Of a stretch of 64,000 nt of DNA, positions 8,993 to 20,108 are shown piece after piece; positions within the stretch are counted from its first letter, which is position 1; every line of letters starts with the position of its first letter. The notes under the pieces were generated by a model. That model had not been told where the DNA came from and made no database searches. It saw only the letters and a list, made by a program, of their open reading frames with translations. Location of the stretch: IMG/VR virus record IMGVR_UViG_3300021399_004731. One strand, written 5' to 3'. A program made the position numbers and the translations under genes. Source of the DNA: a virus (lineage: Duplodnaviria; Heunggongvirae; Uroviricota; Caudoviricetes).

Positions 8993-11900
8993 TTACCAGA
9001 AGTAATGCTTATTGCCATTGATTGTCGTGTAGTAAGGAAGTGCTCTGTCTGCAATCCTATTTTCATGAATACCATACACAAGATAGTGAACATAATACTT
9101 CTTCATATCATCGCCGTATGCTTTAGCAAGGTCGCTGTAGTTTGACTTGTAGATGGATGGATTGAATTTAGCATTGCCCTGACGTCCTTCAAACATGCCA
9201 TGTTCCAAGAAGTGGATAGCATATCTCATGCTGTCGCCACCGAATGCATTCTTCAGGTCTGTATACTTGTTCTTGTAGTAGCTTTCATCATAGATTTCTG
9301 ACAGGTCTCCAACCTTGTCAAAGTACCATCTCTGGTTCTGACCATTATGGCTTGTATGAATCGTGACATTTGTACCAGGAGCATCACTAGCACCGCTGAC
9401 ATCAAGAGCAAGACTGGAATCCGTGAATGGAGAAATCTTAAACTGATTGTCACCAGTTGCCGTAATCTGCCACTTCTGGTTGTTGGAGCCATTATTGGTG
9501 TAAACATGAACATTTGTGCCAGACTTGATTGTTGCATCCATGTCAAGTGCTAGATACTGGTGTGTATCATACATGCTTTTGTAGTTGATGAACGTGTAAG
9601 AGCCATCGCTGTTCTTCCAGATGAGCCAGTATCTGTCATCGGTATAGAATGATGATTCATGCGTTAAATTATCAACATCAGCAATATCGACATTCAGTCT
9701 TGGGTTAAGCTTGTCTCCAATACCTGCTACGATATCAAGCTCACGTCTTGTGTTCAAGGCAGACTTGATAGAGTACAATGCAGGCTTGCTGAAGTCATTG
9801 ACGGAAGAAACATAGGAATACATCTGATTGTTCTTCTGCCAGTTGATATAGAGCGTCTCGCTGCAGTCCTCTTTTGCGATTGAGCATCCAAGCAGGTTGG
9901 CTACATCCTGAGTAGTGTTAAGATGTGCATCATCATCGACTACCTTTGTGGCCCTTTTTGAGTCGCCTGAACCTACCAGCCATGCCACATCATCGCTGAC
10001 AAAGTATCCGCTCTTCTGGTATCTGAAGAATGGACTAGGACTCTGCGTAGTAATGGAAGGATTTGGAAGCCCGTATCCTTTTTCTACAACAGGTGTTATG
10101 TTGTTGTCCTTATAATAGCTTGTGTCATAGGAATCATCGTAATAGAGAGTCTGAGTATAAGGCATCTTGTTTGGACCGTTGACATAGGTTCCGCCATTTG
10201 CATCAAATGTAATGGTAAGCTTAGTCTTCCTCATGTAGATGTTCATACTGAGGCCAGCTTTCTTTGGAGTGAAAAATCTAGGACTTTGTTTATAATCGTT
10301 TCCAAGTCCCAAGAGATGATATTCAGCATCGTTTGAATTGATGGAGTCGAAATATTCGTCCGTTCTGTCAGAGTCAAATATTTCACCTGTTTTTGAAGCT
10401 GTATAATCTTCAATACTATATGTTGTACCATAAGGCTGAATTGTAATTGGACTATAAGGATTCGTTGTCTTTGATTCATTGGAAACCGTCTGAGAAGAAT
10501 TGGTCTTGCCGTTATCAATTCCAAATGTAACAGTACCGCCATTCTGCTGTCCATCAGCTGAGAAGATGTTCAAATCAGTCCAAGCCCAGAAGTATCTGTA
10601 GGCTGTGACATCGCTATTGACTTTAACAGAACCAGATGAGCCGTGATAAGCATAATAGCTGTAGTACTTGCTCAATGTCGTGTCGGAACCAATATCAGTG
10701 CCATTTGCCGTAGAGCCTTCTTCCTTGCTGCGTGTCGTAGAGCCAAGCTTTACCTTGCGGTTGTTGTTTGCATCAACGAACCAGTCTTCATAGGTGACTG
10801 TGTAGAGCTTTGCAAAACCAGCTTCAAAAGTCTTATCTCCAGTTGAACCATGCTTGATTGTTACAGGAGGAGAAATAAATTGTGGAGGGTTATGTACTGG
10901 AATATTTACTCCATCACTAGTAGTATATGGAGGAATAATCCAAGATTTAAAAACATATCCAGCTTTCGTTGGAGACTTGAGTGTAATATCAGGACTCTCA
11001 ATCGTATAGGTTGTAGGGTTGCCTGGGTCTGTTCCGCCATGATAATCGTAAGTAATCTTATAAGTATGAGGCTTCCACTTAGCATAGAGCGTTACCGTTC
11101 CATTCTTCGTGCTCGTCAAATTCTTGACACTCTGTCCGTCACTATAGACCACATTACCGTTGGCACTTGTAGCCCATCCAGCAAAGTCGTAGCCATTCTT
11201 TGTGAAGGCATTAGCTGTCAGAGGCTTTGACGTATCAAACGTCATGGCTTCGTTAGCCATTGTACCGCTTCCGCCGTTGGCGTTGAAGTGAATGCTGTAG
11301 GCATTGGATGACCAGTTAGCTGTATAGCTTCTGTTGCCAGTTGAGCCCTTAGCAATTGTGACAGTTGTGTTGCCACTGCCAGTCAGACCCGTTCCAGACC
11401 ATCCAGTGAACGTGTAGCCATTCCTTGCAGGATTATTGAGGGTAATGGTGTTGCTTTCAATCGTATAGGTTGTAGGATTGCCGATTGCCGTACCACCGTT
11501 CAGGTTATAGGAAATCGTGTAAGTGACAGGCTTCCATTGTGCATAGAGCGTGATGTTCCTGTTATATGTCCACGTCCAGCTCTTCGTGCCGTTGCCGTTT
11601 TCATATACGCCTGCACTTGTCAGGTTCCATGCCGTGCCCGTTCCGTCTGCCTTTTCGTTCCAGCCGTTGAAGACGTAGCCATTTCTTGTGAAGGCGTTCT
11701 GTCTTGTCACAAAGCCGTGAGCGTAGGTAGCCGTCTGAGCTGCCATTGAACCGCTTCCGCCGTTAGCATTGTAGCTGACTGTGTTCGTATGATAGAGAAC
11801 AAATCTGATGTCAGTCAGTCCAGATGAAGGAACAGTGCCATTGACTGCTGATGAGCCAGATGCTAATCCGCCATAGTAATATCCTGCTTTTGCTTTGATG

Positions 11901-14900
11901 TTTCTCAGCTCATAAGATGAGCCTGGCTTGATGTATGTGAAGATATCGTTGTCATAGTTGTTCCAGTGTAATCCAGCACTGTTCATGTTGCCGACATACT
12001 TTCCACCAACATAGAGGTCAGCTGATAAAGGAATATCATGAGTGATATATTGGCTGTCAGCAGTGCCGTCTATAAAGCCGTTGATATCAAAGTTATTGGT
12101 ATTGAATCTGATGTTGACCTGATAATCGTATCCAGGCATCGTTCCTGATAATGGAACGTTTGAGCCTGTCATTGTATATTTGACAGGATAAGATGGGTCA
12201 TTAGGATTCATTTTCAGCTTGATGTTCTTGATTTCATACTTCATGCCAACTCTGACCTTCTCGTAGAAATCCGTCACACCACTTGCAACCAGCTTGCCGT
12301 CAAGATAGACATCTGCTGTTGCAGCGTCTGCAATGTTTCCTTTTGTTACGCCATCAATGATGCCGTTCAGGTCAAGATAGTATTCATTGGCTCTCCAGTT
12401 TGCTGTATAGCTCCTGTTGCCTGTTGAACCCTTGGCAATCGTGACAGTCATGTTATCGCTACCAGTCAGGCCTGTTCCAGACCAGCCAGTGAATGTGTAG
12501 CCGTTCCTTGTAGGATTCTTGAGCGTAATGGTATTGCTTTCAATTGTATATGATGATGGATTGCCCGTTACACTGCCTCCATTCAGGTTGTAGGAGATAG
12601 TATAGTTGACAGGAGTCCATCTTGCAATCAGATAGTAGTTCTTAGTGACAGGCGTTGAAGCACTTAACTTGCCGCCAGCATCATCGTACCAGCCAGTTAA
12701 TGCATATCCGTTCTTAGTAGGAACAGGAAGCGTGACAATGGCTGTGCCTGGTGCAACTTCGACTGGGTCAAGTGCACTGCCTCCGTTGCTGTCAAACTCT
12801 ATCGTGTAGCAGTTGTTCTCCCAAGCCGCGTAAAGCGTCATGCCAGAATCTTTGACAATATCATTCTTCATGACAACCGTAGAAGGGTCATTCTTGACTT
12901 TTGTCCAGCCAAGGAAGATATGTGAATCGTTCCATGTAGGTCTAGGGAGCGTGCCAATTTCTTCACCGTATTTTCTTGCAACTGTAGATGTTGAAACCTT
13001 GCCTCCATTAGCATCAAGCGTAATGTTGTAGGTATTCTCTGTCCAGTGAGCAAAATAGGTAACGTCAGTAGATGGCATTGTCGTATCAGGCGTGACTTTT
13101 GTACCACCTTCGGTTTCTGTATACCATCCAGCAAATGTATGATGTGGCTTTGATGACTTAGGTGAAGGCAATGTGCCGAGCTTCTCGCCTGGCATCCTTG
13201 TGATGGCATTGCCATCTCCTCCTCCTGCACCGTTGAATGATGCTGTCGTTCCCTTGCCACTCCATATTGCATAGAGGATAACCGTTTCATTGGCTTTCTT
13301 GCCGACTGCATAGACAGTCTGGGAATCATTATAGGACTTGCTGCCGTTGCGTGATTTTGACCATCCTGCAAAGACATAGCCGCCATCCTTCGTGAAGGCG
13401 TTAGGTCTGAGCTGATAGCTTTCGACTGATGAAAGTCCATTCATGGATTCCATTGTGCCTTTTCCGCCATTGGCATCAAAGGCAATGTTATAATTATAGA
13501 CAGCCATTGCTGACAGTCCGTCAATCGTAACAGGATACTTGGAATAGTTCATTTCCACATGGTTGCCAGGAGTTACGATATAGCTAATGTTCGTGCCGTC
13601 CGTGACAGTCGTGCTGTCGCTGACGTGCTTGACAAGCTTGCCGTCATTTCCAAGGTAGTAGGCTGTCGTTGTTGCCGTAACGCCTCCTTCACCTTTTGTT
13701 GGCACGTTGAGGATGAGCCATCCAGTGTGCATGTGACCATACTGGTCAAAGTAGTAGGTTGAGCCATTGATGGTGCTGAAGCCATCGATGTAACCATTGG
13801 CTGCATCTGTAGCCTTGTACATCTGGCCGTTATTGTCAAAGTAGTAGATGTTGCCGTTGATAGCCTTGAAGCCAAATGCTGAAGTACCGTTTTCAAGCTG
13901 ATAGCCTCCCTTTCCGTCAAAGGCGGATTCTACAGCATAGCCTGAACTATCGAAGACATAGGCACTGGATGTGTCTGTCTTGCTGCTGACGGTCTTCTTT
14001 TCTGCATCATCCACATACTTTGTTGTGTTCTTGAGTGGTGAGCCATCAATGACAAACTGCCATTTTGATGTGCCATCTGCATTATCCACACGCTTCCATG
14101 AGGCATCTGCCTTTGTCTTGTCAGCTAACCTTGTACCCGTTTCCAGGCTGGCACTGCTGTTGGACTTGTAGGCCTCCTTGAAAGCTTTAGCCTGCTTGTC
14201 TGTATAGGAATAAGACAGGTAGGAGTGGCTTGTGATGGTATCGCTCTTACTTGTGCTGACAGTCTCTGATGCAGAATCGCTGATTCTCAGCGTCCTGTTC
14301 AGAATCTTTCTCAGTGAGATGCTGTCATACCACTTGCTTGAGCTCTTGAGCGTATCAATCTTGTCTGATGAAATGAAGCGGATGCCGTCATCCTTGATGA
14401 GAGTGCCTTTATTGCCTGATGTCTCGCCTTTCTTGATGACGTGGACATTGACAGCCACTGTTGCAGTGACTTTTCTTTCATCCAGGTTGCCTCCGCTGGC
14501 ATTCTTGTTCGTCATGCCTGTTGCCTTGACAACGTAGTCGCCTACCTTATAGGCCTTTCCTGTGCCGTTCGTCACCTTTCTGATGTCGTCTGCATCATAC
14601 TGAAGATGATTCTTCATGTCTGAAGTCAGCTTGCTGTTGTCCAGCTTTGAAGAAATTACGGATGTATCGAATACATCGCCTTCGTAGATGTAGATGTCAG
14701 ATTTGATGTCATAAGTGTGAGAAATGGTATAGTTTGGAGGATATACAGGGAAACCCGTCGTCCTGAATTTCTGAGAATAGCTTCCGCTGACGTTTCCTCT
14801 CGTGTCAATTGTCCTCGTTGTAACCGTATAGTCCGTATTAGGTCTCAGGTTGATGAACGTGACCGTATCGGAAGTGTTGCTGTTGAACCATCCCTTTGTC

Positions 14901-17900
14901 TCAGTCTTATTCGTGTCTGGGTTAGAGTAGGTAATCTGCCATTCATGATGGTCAAGACCGCCCTGTGAGGATGTCTCCTTGAAGTTTGCATCTTCCTTTG
15001 CTGCTACCCAGTCATATTTCTGAATCTTCAGTTTGTGATAGCTTTCACCCTTGTCCACCGTCAGCTGTCTCAGCTTGCCTGGTGTAGGCAGTCTGTGCCA
15101 TCTGGCTGTGAAGTGCTTGTCGCCAGATGAACCATTGCGTATGTACATGGTTGTCGTTGGCGTATTGGAGCCTCCGCTTTCCACCCATCCGACAAACTCA
15201 TAGCCATCCCTTGTAGGATTGTTCAGCCTGATGTCTGGCGATTTGATGGTATAGGTTGAAGGGTTGCCTCCTGGGTCCTTGCCACCAGCATAGTCGTAAG
15301 TGATGGTGTAATTGTGCAGCTTCATGTAGATGTTCACATCATTGCTGTTATTGGCATAGAATTCATGATTTCCGTTGACATTGCTGCTGAAATTGCTAAA
15401 TTCATAGCCTTTCAGTCCCCTGACGTTGGAAATCGTGCCTTTCGTATCCTTGACAATATGCCAGCTTTCTGATGGCTCATTATTGATGTTGCTCCAGCTT
15501 TTTGCCCCATAGCCGTCTTTGGCATCGTATTTCAAATCAAAGAGGCCAATTGATGGGTCTTCTTTGCCATACTCATTCATGATGTTGATGTTCTGGTTGA
15601 CATAGGTACGTGTGTCACTCAGCGCAATGATAATCTCAGTTGTGCTGCCAGTTAATCTTGAACCGCCAGAAGTACACCCTCTCAGACCAGTCGTCCAGCC
15701 ACGGCATGCACCAGCAAGCAGAATATAGTGTGTTCTTCCAGAACCGTCAGTATAAATCTTGGAATTCATGCCGTCTGCATCAGATGCATAGATTCTTTCA
15801 ATGGTGTGATAAGCAGGGACGCTTGTGATAGTGATATCAAGAACAGGCGTGTGATTCGTAAAGTTGCCAGAAACGGTGTATGTATTATTGCCGTCGGCGG
15901 ATTGTGAAATGTATCCTGAATAATTTGTTGCACTTCTGTACTGACTCAGGTCGTCCCAGCTCCAGCCGCTTTTTCTGAAGGTCTCCTTATCGTACAGTAT
16001 CTTGAATGTGGCTGTGTAGCCAACACCATTGTTTCTGACATGATAATGATAAGTCTTCCATACAGCCGCACTCAGCAGGTCAAGAGAGTCTTCATTGATG
16101 CTAACGATGGGTTCCTTTTCAGACTCTTCCTTTTCATCTGTTTGCTCAGATTCATGATTTTTATCATTATCCTCAGATGATGGCTGTTTTGTGTCTGCAT
16201 CATTATCAGTGCTCTTGATGCTGTTTTTGATGAAATCAAGATTCACGCCTGATGACGTGCTGCTCATGTAAGGAATCAGTTCAAATGGATGCTCTGACGT
16301 GCCTGTCGTGTCCTCATGACCGACAAAATACCACCAGAGGGCATTCTTCTTGGAATTGACTAGCTGAGCATTCCTGAATCCTGCAAACGTCTCGCCAGAC
16401 TTGAGTGTCTCAGGCTCTGGCTGCTCGATTTCAAGATAAGGCGTCACATGGGAGAATCTGCCTGTAATGGAAAGCTTCACTGTGCCATCGACAGTGCCAC
16501 TGATGACATTGACTGCATAGGAGCCGTCCATGTCTCTTGAATGCTTTCTGATGGCATTCTCTGATGCATCCGTCAGGTCTGCATCGTTCACGAGCTTCCA
16601 TCTGAAGGCATAGCTCTTGAAGCCTTCTGAATGAAGGTTATACCAGTAGGAACGTACCGTGTCCATGGCTCTGACTTTCAGTTCTACGCTCTTCTCTTCC
16701 TTGGAGAATGAGGAACGAGCAACGCTGTCCAGGTCTGTAATGCCAAACTCATCACCGATGAGCTTTCTCATGGATGCCTCTAATGTAGCATCACCATTGA
16801 GTGCCTTATCGATGTTCTCATTGAGCTTCTCGACATTGACCAATCCAAGTCCGAATGTGTCATCCCTGCCTGCATCACCGATATCATCGACAGAAGCCTG
16901 CATGACAGCATCTGAATAGAGCGTGCCAAGCCTTGCACCAGCCGTTGCTTCATAAGCCGCAATCTTTGCCGCTGCAACGGAAGTGCCCTGATAATGCTGG
17001 CCGTTTTCTGAATCATAGGAGCTGTCTGCTACATAATCAACAGATTTGCCTGCATTGGCATAGGATGGCTTGATATAGCTTTCCTTGCCGTCATCGTCCT
17101 GCACCTTCTGTGCTGAGCCTGCAACAATGACATGATTGAGGTTGGCTGGCGTATAGTCGTCAGTCTTCTCGCCCTTGTTGCCTGCTGCGGCAATGACCTG
17201 TATGCCTTTGGCATTGGCATTGTCTACAGCCTTCTGAAGCAGTGCTGACTTGCCTTTGCCTGCAAATGACAGCAGGATGTAGTCTGCGTTCTTGTCTGTA
17301 GCATCCTTGATGCCATAGTAAGCTGAAGCTGTTGAAGCCTCGCCACTGTCGCTGAATGCCTTGACAGGATAGATGTAGACATTGGAAGATGTATTCCTGG
17401 CAATGATTTCTGCCATGGCTGTTCCGTGTCCAGTGCTGTCCGTACTTGTCAGTTTAGGCTGATTATCAGATTTATCCTTTTTGGTGCTGTCTGCATCAGG
17501 ATAGGCAATTTCGTCATCCCTGATGACAGTGAAGCCCTTCCTACTCTCATCATAGCGGACTAGACGTCCCCTGAGAGCTTCATTCGTGTAGTCAATGCCC
17601 GTATCAACGACTGCAACGACTACTGGCGAGCTTCCAGCACTCTTGTACTCTGCAGTGCCGTCCTTTTTGACAGATGTCGTGCTTACCTTATCCGTAATGG
17701 CTGAAGTGTCAGTGGAGGCCATCTGGTCATAGACAGCTGAAGTGACATCCTTGTTGTAGTCCGTCACTAGTCCTGCCTTTGTGAAGGCATCATAGGCTTT
17801 GTCAGCCTCCTGGCTGTCCCTATAGGTCAGATAATGCACACCGCCCTTGGTCTCATCACTGAGTGCTCCATAGGAGTCGTCAAGTGCCTTGTCGGACAGT

Positions 17901-18244
17901 ACAAGCAATACAGCATTGCTGTCCTGCACAATCGTCTGCATATCTTTCTTGCTGTCAAGAATCTTCTGAGCCGTCAAGTCCACCTTGCCTTTTTCAATCT
18001 TTGTGACTGACCCGTCTTTGGATACGACATACTGGGCATCACTGCCTTTCGCCTGCTCGGATGATTTCAGCGTTGCTGATTCGTCATCCTGCTGCTTTGT
18101 CGTCTGCTCAGAGACGTCCTCGGCATGGACAGGGCTCATAATGAAGGCTGCCTGCGTTGTCAGGCCTGAAGTCATGGAAATGGATACTGCTGCGGCAATA
18201 GCCTTCTGCATGTATCTTTTCATGCTTTTCAAATTGTAATTCAC
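8993..18244 (-). CDS. 3083-aa secreted multidomain protein: S8 subtilase, FN3-like, cell-wall-binding-type repeats, many InlB B-repeat-like (Listeria-Bacteroides) domains, ricin-B lectin, C-terminal YxDLxxAFG..H...G..E.R repeats
   Basis: Signal-like N-terminus. S8 triad motifs VVDTG / GHGT / GTSVA. YYFDxxGxM repeats; repeated ITYDxxGG..P.R.GY.F.GW...A.W units; ricin QxW motifs (NQKWQI, NQRWYF). Confidence 0.85.
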   Translation of the reverse strand: MNYNLKSMKRYMQKAIAAAVSISMTSGLTTQAAFIMSPVHAEDVSEQTTKQQDDESATLKSSEQAKGSDAQYVVSKDGSVTKIEKGKVDLTAQKILDSKKDMQTIVQDSNAVLLVLSDKALDDSYGALSDETKGGVHYLTYRDSQEADKAYDAFTKAGLVTDYNKDVTSAVYDQMASTDTSAITDKVSTTSVKKDGTAEYKSAGSSPVVVAVVDTGIDYTNEALRGRLVRYDESRKGFTVIRDDEIAYPDADSTKKDKSDNQPKLTSTDSTGHGTAMAEIIARNTSSNVYIYPVKAFSDSGEASTASAYYGIKDATDKNADYILLSFAGKGKSALLQKAVDNANAKGIQVIAAAGNKGEKTDDYTPANLNHVIVAGSAQKVQDDDGKESYIKPSYANAGKSVDYVADSSYDSENGQHYQGTSVAAAKIAAYEATAGARLGTLYSDAVMQASVDDIGDAGRDDTFGLGLVNVEKLNENIDKALNGDATLEASMRKLIGDEFGITDLDSVARSSFSKEEKSVELKVRAMDTVRSYWYNLHSEGFKSYAFRWKLVNDADLTDASENAIRKHSRDMDGSYAVNVISGTVDGTVKLSITGRFSHVTPYLEIEQPEPETLKSGETFAGFRNAQLVNSKKNALWWYFVGHEDTTGTSEHPFELIPYMSSTSSGVNLDFIKNSIKSTDNDADTKQPSSEDNDKNHESEQTDEKEESEKEPIVSINEDSLDLLSAAVWKTYHYHVRNNGVGYTATFKILYDKETFRKSGWSWDDLSQYRSATNYSGYISQSADGNNTYTVSGNFTNHTPVLDITITSVPAYHTIERIYASDADGMNSKIYTDGSGRTHYILLAGACRGWTTGLRGCTSGGSRLTGSTTEIIIALSDTRTYVNQNINIMNEYGKEDPSIGLFDLKYDAKDGYGAKSWSNINNEPSESWHIVKDTKGTISNVRGLKGYEFSNFSSNVNGNHEFYANNSNDVNIYMKLHNYTITYDYAGGKDPGGNPSTYTIKSPDIRLNNPTRDGYEFVGWVESGGSNTPTTTMYIRNGSSGDKHFTARWHRLPTPGKLRQLTVDKGESYHKLKIQKYDWVAAKEDANFKETSSQGGLDHHEWQITYSNPDTNKTETKGWFNSNTSDTVTFINLRPNTDYTVTTRTIDTRGNVSGSYSQKFRTTGFPVYPPNYTISHTYDIKSDIYIYEGDVFDTSVISSKLDNSKLTSDMKNHLQYDADDIRKVTNGTGKAYKVGDYVVKATGMTNKNASGGNLDERKVTATVAVNVHVIKKGETSGNKGTLIKDDGIRFISSDKIDTLKSSSKWYDSISLRKILNRTLRISDSASETVSTSKSDTITSHSYLSYSYTDKQAKAFKEAYKSNSSASLETGTRLADKTKADASWKRVDNADGTSKWQFVIDGSPLKNTTKYVDDAEKKTVSSKTDTSSAYVFDSSGYAVESAFDGKGGYQLENGTSAFGFKAINGNIYYFDNNGQMYKATDAANGYIDGFSTINGSTYYFDQYGHMHTGWLILNVPTKGEGGVTATTTAYYLGNDGKLVKHVSDSTTVTDGTNISYIVTPGNHVEMNYSKYPVTIDGLSAMAVYNYNIAFDANGGKGTMESMNGLSSVESYQLRPNAFTKDGGYVFAGWSKSRNGSKSYNDSQTVYAVGKKANETVILYAIWSGKGTTASFNGAGGGDGNAITRMPGEKLGTLPSPKSSKPHHTFAGWYTETEGGTKVTPDTTMPSTDVTYFAHWTENTYNITLDANGGKVSTSTVARKYGEEIGTLPRPTWNDSHIFLGWTKVKNDPSTVVMKNDIVKDSGMTLYAAWENNCYTIEFDSNGGSALDPVEVAPGTAIVTLPVPTKNGYALTGWYDDAGGKLSASTPVTKNYYLIARWTPVNYTISYNLNGGSVTGNPSSYTIESNTITLKNPTRNGYTFTGWSGTGLTGSDNMTVTIAKGSTGNRSYTANWRANEYYLDLNGIIDGVTKGNIADAATADVYLDGKLVASGVTDFYEKVRVGMKYEIKNIKLKMNPNDPSYPVKYTMTGSNVPLSGTMPGYDYQVNIRFNTNNFDINGFIDGTADSQYITHDIPLSADLYVGGKYVGNMNSAGLHWNNYDNDIFTYIKPGSSYELRNIKAKAGYYYGGLASGSSAVNGTVPSSGLTDIRFVLYHTNTVSYNANGGSGSMAAQTATYAHGFVTRQNAFTRNGYVFNGWNEKADGTGTAWNLTSAGVYENGNGTKSWTWTYNRNITLYAQWKPVTYTISYNLNGGTAIGNPTTYTIESNTITLNNPARNGYTFTGWSGTGLTGSGNTTVTIAKGSTGNRSYTANWSSNAYSIHFNANGGSGTMANEAMTFDTSKPLTANAFTKNGYDFAGWATSANGNVVYSDGQSVKNLTSTKNGTVTLYAKWKPHTYKITYDYHGGTDPGNPTTYTIESPDITLKSPTKAGYVFKSWIIPPYTTSDGVNIPVHNPPQFISPPVTIKHGSTGDKTFEAGFAKLYTVTYEDWFVDANNNRKVKLGSTTRSKEEGSTANGTDIGSDTTLSKYYSYYAYHGSSGSVKVNSDVTAYRYFWAWTDLNIFSADGQQNGGTVTFGIDNGKTNSSQTVSNESKTTNPYSPITIQPYGTTYSIEDYTASKTGEIFDSDRTDEYFDSINSNDAEYHLLGLGNDYKQSPRFFTPKKAGLSMNIYMRKTKLTITFDANGGTYVNGPNKMPYTQTLYYDDSYDTSYYKDNNITPVVEKGYGLPNPSITTQSPSPFFRYQKSGYFVSDDVAWLVGSGDSKRATKVVDDDAHLNTTQDVANLLGCSIAKEDCSETLYINWQKNNQMYSYVSSVNDFSKPALYSIKSALNTRRELDIVAGIGDKLNPRLNVDIADVDNLTHESSFYTDDRYWLIWKNSDGSYTFINYKSMYDTHQYLALDMDATIKSGTNVHVYTNNGSNNQKWQITATGDNQFKISPFTDSSLALDVSGASDAPGTNVTIHTSHNGQNQRWYFDKVGDLSEIYDESYYKNKYTDLKNAFGGDSMRYAIHFLEHGMFEGRQGNAKFNPSIYKSNYSDLAKAYGDDMKKYYVHYLVYGIHENRIADRALPYYTTINGNKHYFW

Positions 18245-19007
18245 CTCCTGAATGCCATAAAGCCTCAGGAGAAAGAAAATGGCAGAATGCGTGACAGAAA
18301 ATGATGACAGCCTCCATAGGAATAACGGATGCTCTTACCTATCCGTCACCGCTGCTCTCACCCAGCGTCCCATGTGGTCATGTCTCCACATTCTGCTATT
18401 GCAATGCCTGTCTTTTCATCTCTCCTTCTTCTCTATTGCATTTCATGTATATTATATCATATTTATTCTCTATATGTGCAATTCTGACAAAAGAAATTGT
18501 AGAAATTATCCTGAATGCAGTTTTGCGGGTGGATAATGTAATAAACATGATAATGATTGCTAGCAACAGGAATGCATGAAACTGGATTGCTGTCATAAGG
18601 ATTGCATTACATTGATTGCTAATAATAGGAGTGCTATTTAATGGTTGCTGATAAAAGGATTGTTTTAAGTTTGATTGCTGGCATAAGGATAGATAAGGAA
18701 TAATACATGCAATCATTTAGATTGTCACTGGAACTGAGATTGTCAGCTTTAATGATGCTCAACGGAATATGCTCAGTAAGACCAGACATCATGTACTACG
18801 ATAGAATACCATCATCCAGTCTCTTCCTGTAACGATGATGAGCTAGAGAAGATAAAATACGCATTGTTCTCATCGTCTGATATCGCTTAGCCATTAAGCG
18901 AGCCTACTACACAGAGGCGATATCTAACAATGATGAGGAGCAGCTACGCTACTCCTCATTAGACCATATGTTGTGTGAGATTTCTAGTGCTCTATATAAC
19001 ATATGTT

Positions 19008-19299
19008 CTAGTGGACAAAATTCCCCAGCCCTATCCGTATACTATATATCGTAATGCTATACTATGTTGTGCACTTAACATAAAGGGAATTTTGCCACTA
19101 GGCATGACTGAGCGTATTATACTTAGTGCTTAAAACAGTCATGGCTAGTGTTACAGAAATTCCCCACCCTAATTCGTATACTATGTTTCATAGTACTATA
19201 CTTAGTTGTGCACCGACTTTAAAGGAAGTTTTGCTCACACAATTCCCCATCTCTATTACTGTACAATCTATAATATTGCTATATATTAGAAATTCCCCA
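19008..19299. repeat. Two degenerate ~90-bp direct repeats with internal inverted repeats and four AATTCCCCA 9-mers
   Basis: Units at 19008-19098 and 19145-19238. AATTCCCCA at 19019, 19158, 19241 and 19291. IR CTAGTGG(A)CAAAATTCCC 19008-19025 / GGGAATTTTGCCACTAG 19085-19101. IR CATGACTG 19103-19110 / CAGTCATG 19136-19143. Confidence 0.75.
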
Positions 19300-19437
19300 C
19301 CTCTATCTCTATGTATTCCATCATATTACTATACATTACCTTCCAGCCTCATCAGGCTATGCTTTTTTCTTTTTCTTTTCCAGACGTAAAAAAACAGTCA
19401 CCGCAAATGCAGTGGCTGCTTTTTTTAGAACTGATTG

Positions 19438-20040
19438 CTATTTTTTGAAAGTAGTCGTCACCTTAGGTGCAGACTCAGTGACATAGACACCTTCAGCATG
19501 CTTGCCAGTTTCTTTCATTACCTGGTCGTCATACTTGAAGTATGCCTCTTGATTCACATCAAGCAAATCAAGCTTGCCTTCATCCACTAATTTCTGAATG
19601 ATGGCGGCCTTGAGCACCTGAGAGTCGGTTAGCACCTTTTCTCTCTTTTCAACGACTTTCAATGTGCCATAGCCTGGAATGCTTCGTCTAATTTCCACGC
19701 TCATGTCATCAGGACCGATGACACCCTGAGATAACGCATCTTTGTGTGCTACCTCAGCCATGGCCTTTTTTACAAGGTCCATGTTGTCCTTGTTTGCTTT
19801 TTTATCAGCAGATATAGACTTGTTAATATCCGTCTCTGCCTGTACATACGCCTTCAGGAATGGCATGAAGTTCTCCCCCAAGGCATTGACAGCATCTGGC
19901 TGAGAAAAGCTCAGCGTTACTGCCACCTCATCGTTGAGGGCTTTCTTCCTTTCCTCAATCTTCTTCTTTTCATCATTCAGCTCCTTGAGCGATGCAAATA
20001 AGTCGATTAATTCCTGTTCAGTTTGAAAGTTTTTTGTCAT
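19438..20040 (-). CDS. Coiled-coil hypothetical protein (phage/plasmid-like)
   Basis: GGAGAGGAG RBS before ATG 20040. Promoter-like motif 20095-20108; hairpin terminator at about 19389-19425. Confidence 0.75.
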   Translation of the reverse strand: MTKNFQTEQELIDLFASLKELNDEKKKIEERKKALNDEVAVTLSFSQPDAVNALGENFMPFLKAYVQAETDINKSISADKKANKDNMDLVKKAMAEVAHKDALSQGVIGPDDMSVEIRRSIPGYGTLKVVEKREKVLTDSQVLKAAIIQKLVDEGKLDLLDVNQEAYFKYDDQVMKETGKHAEGVYVTESAPKVTTTFKK

Positions 20041-20108
20041 TTTATATCTCCTCTCCGCATATCTGATTATGATATGCATTAAAAAACTTACACTGATATA
20101 TAATCATA

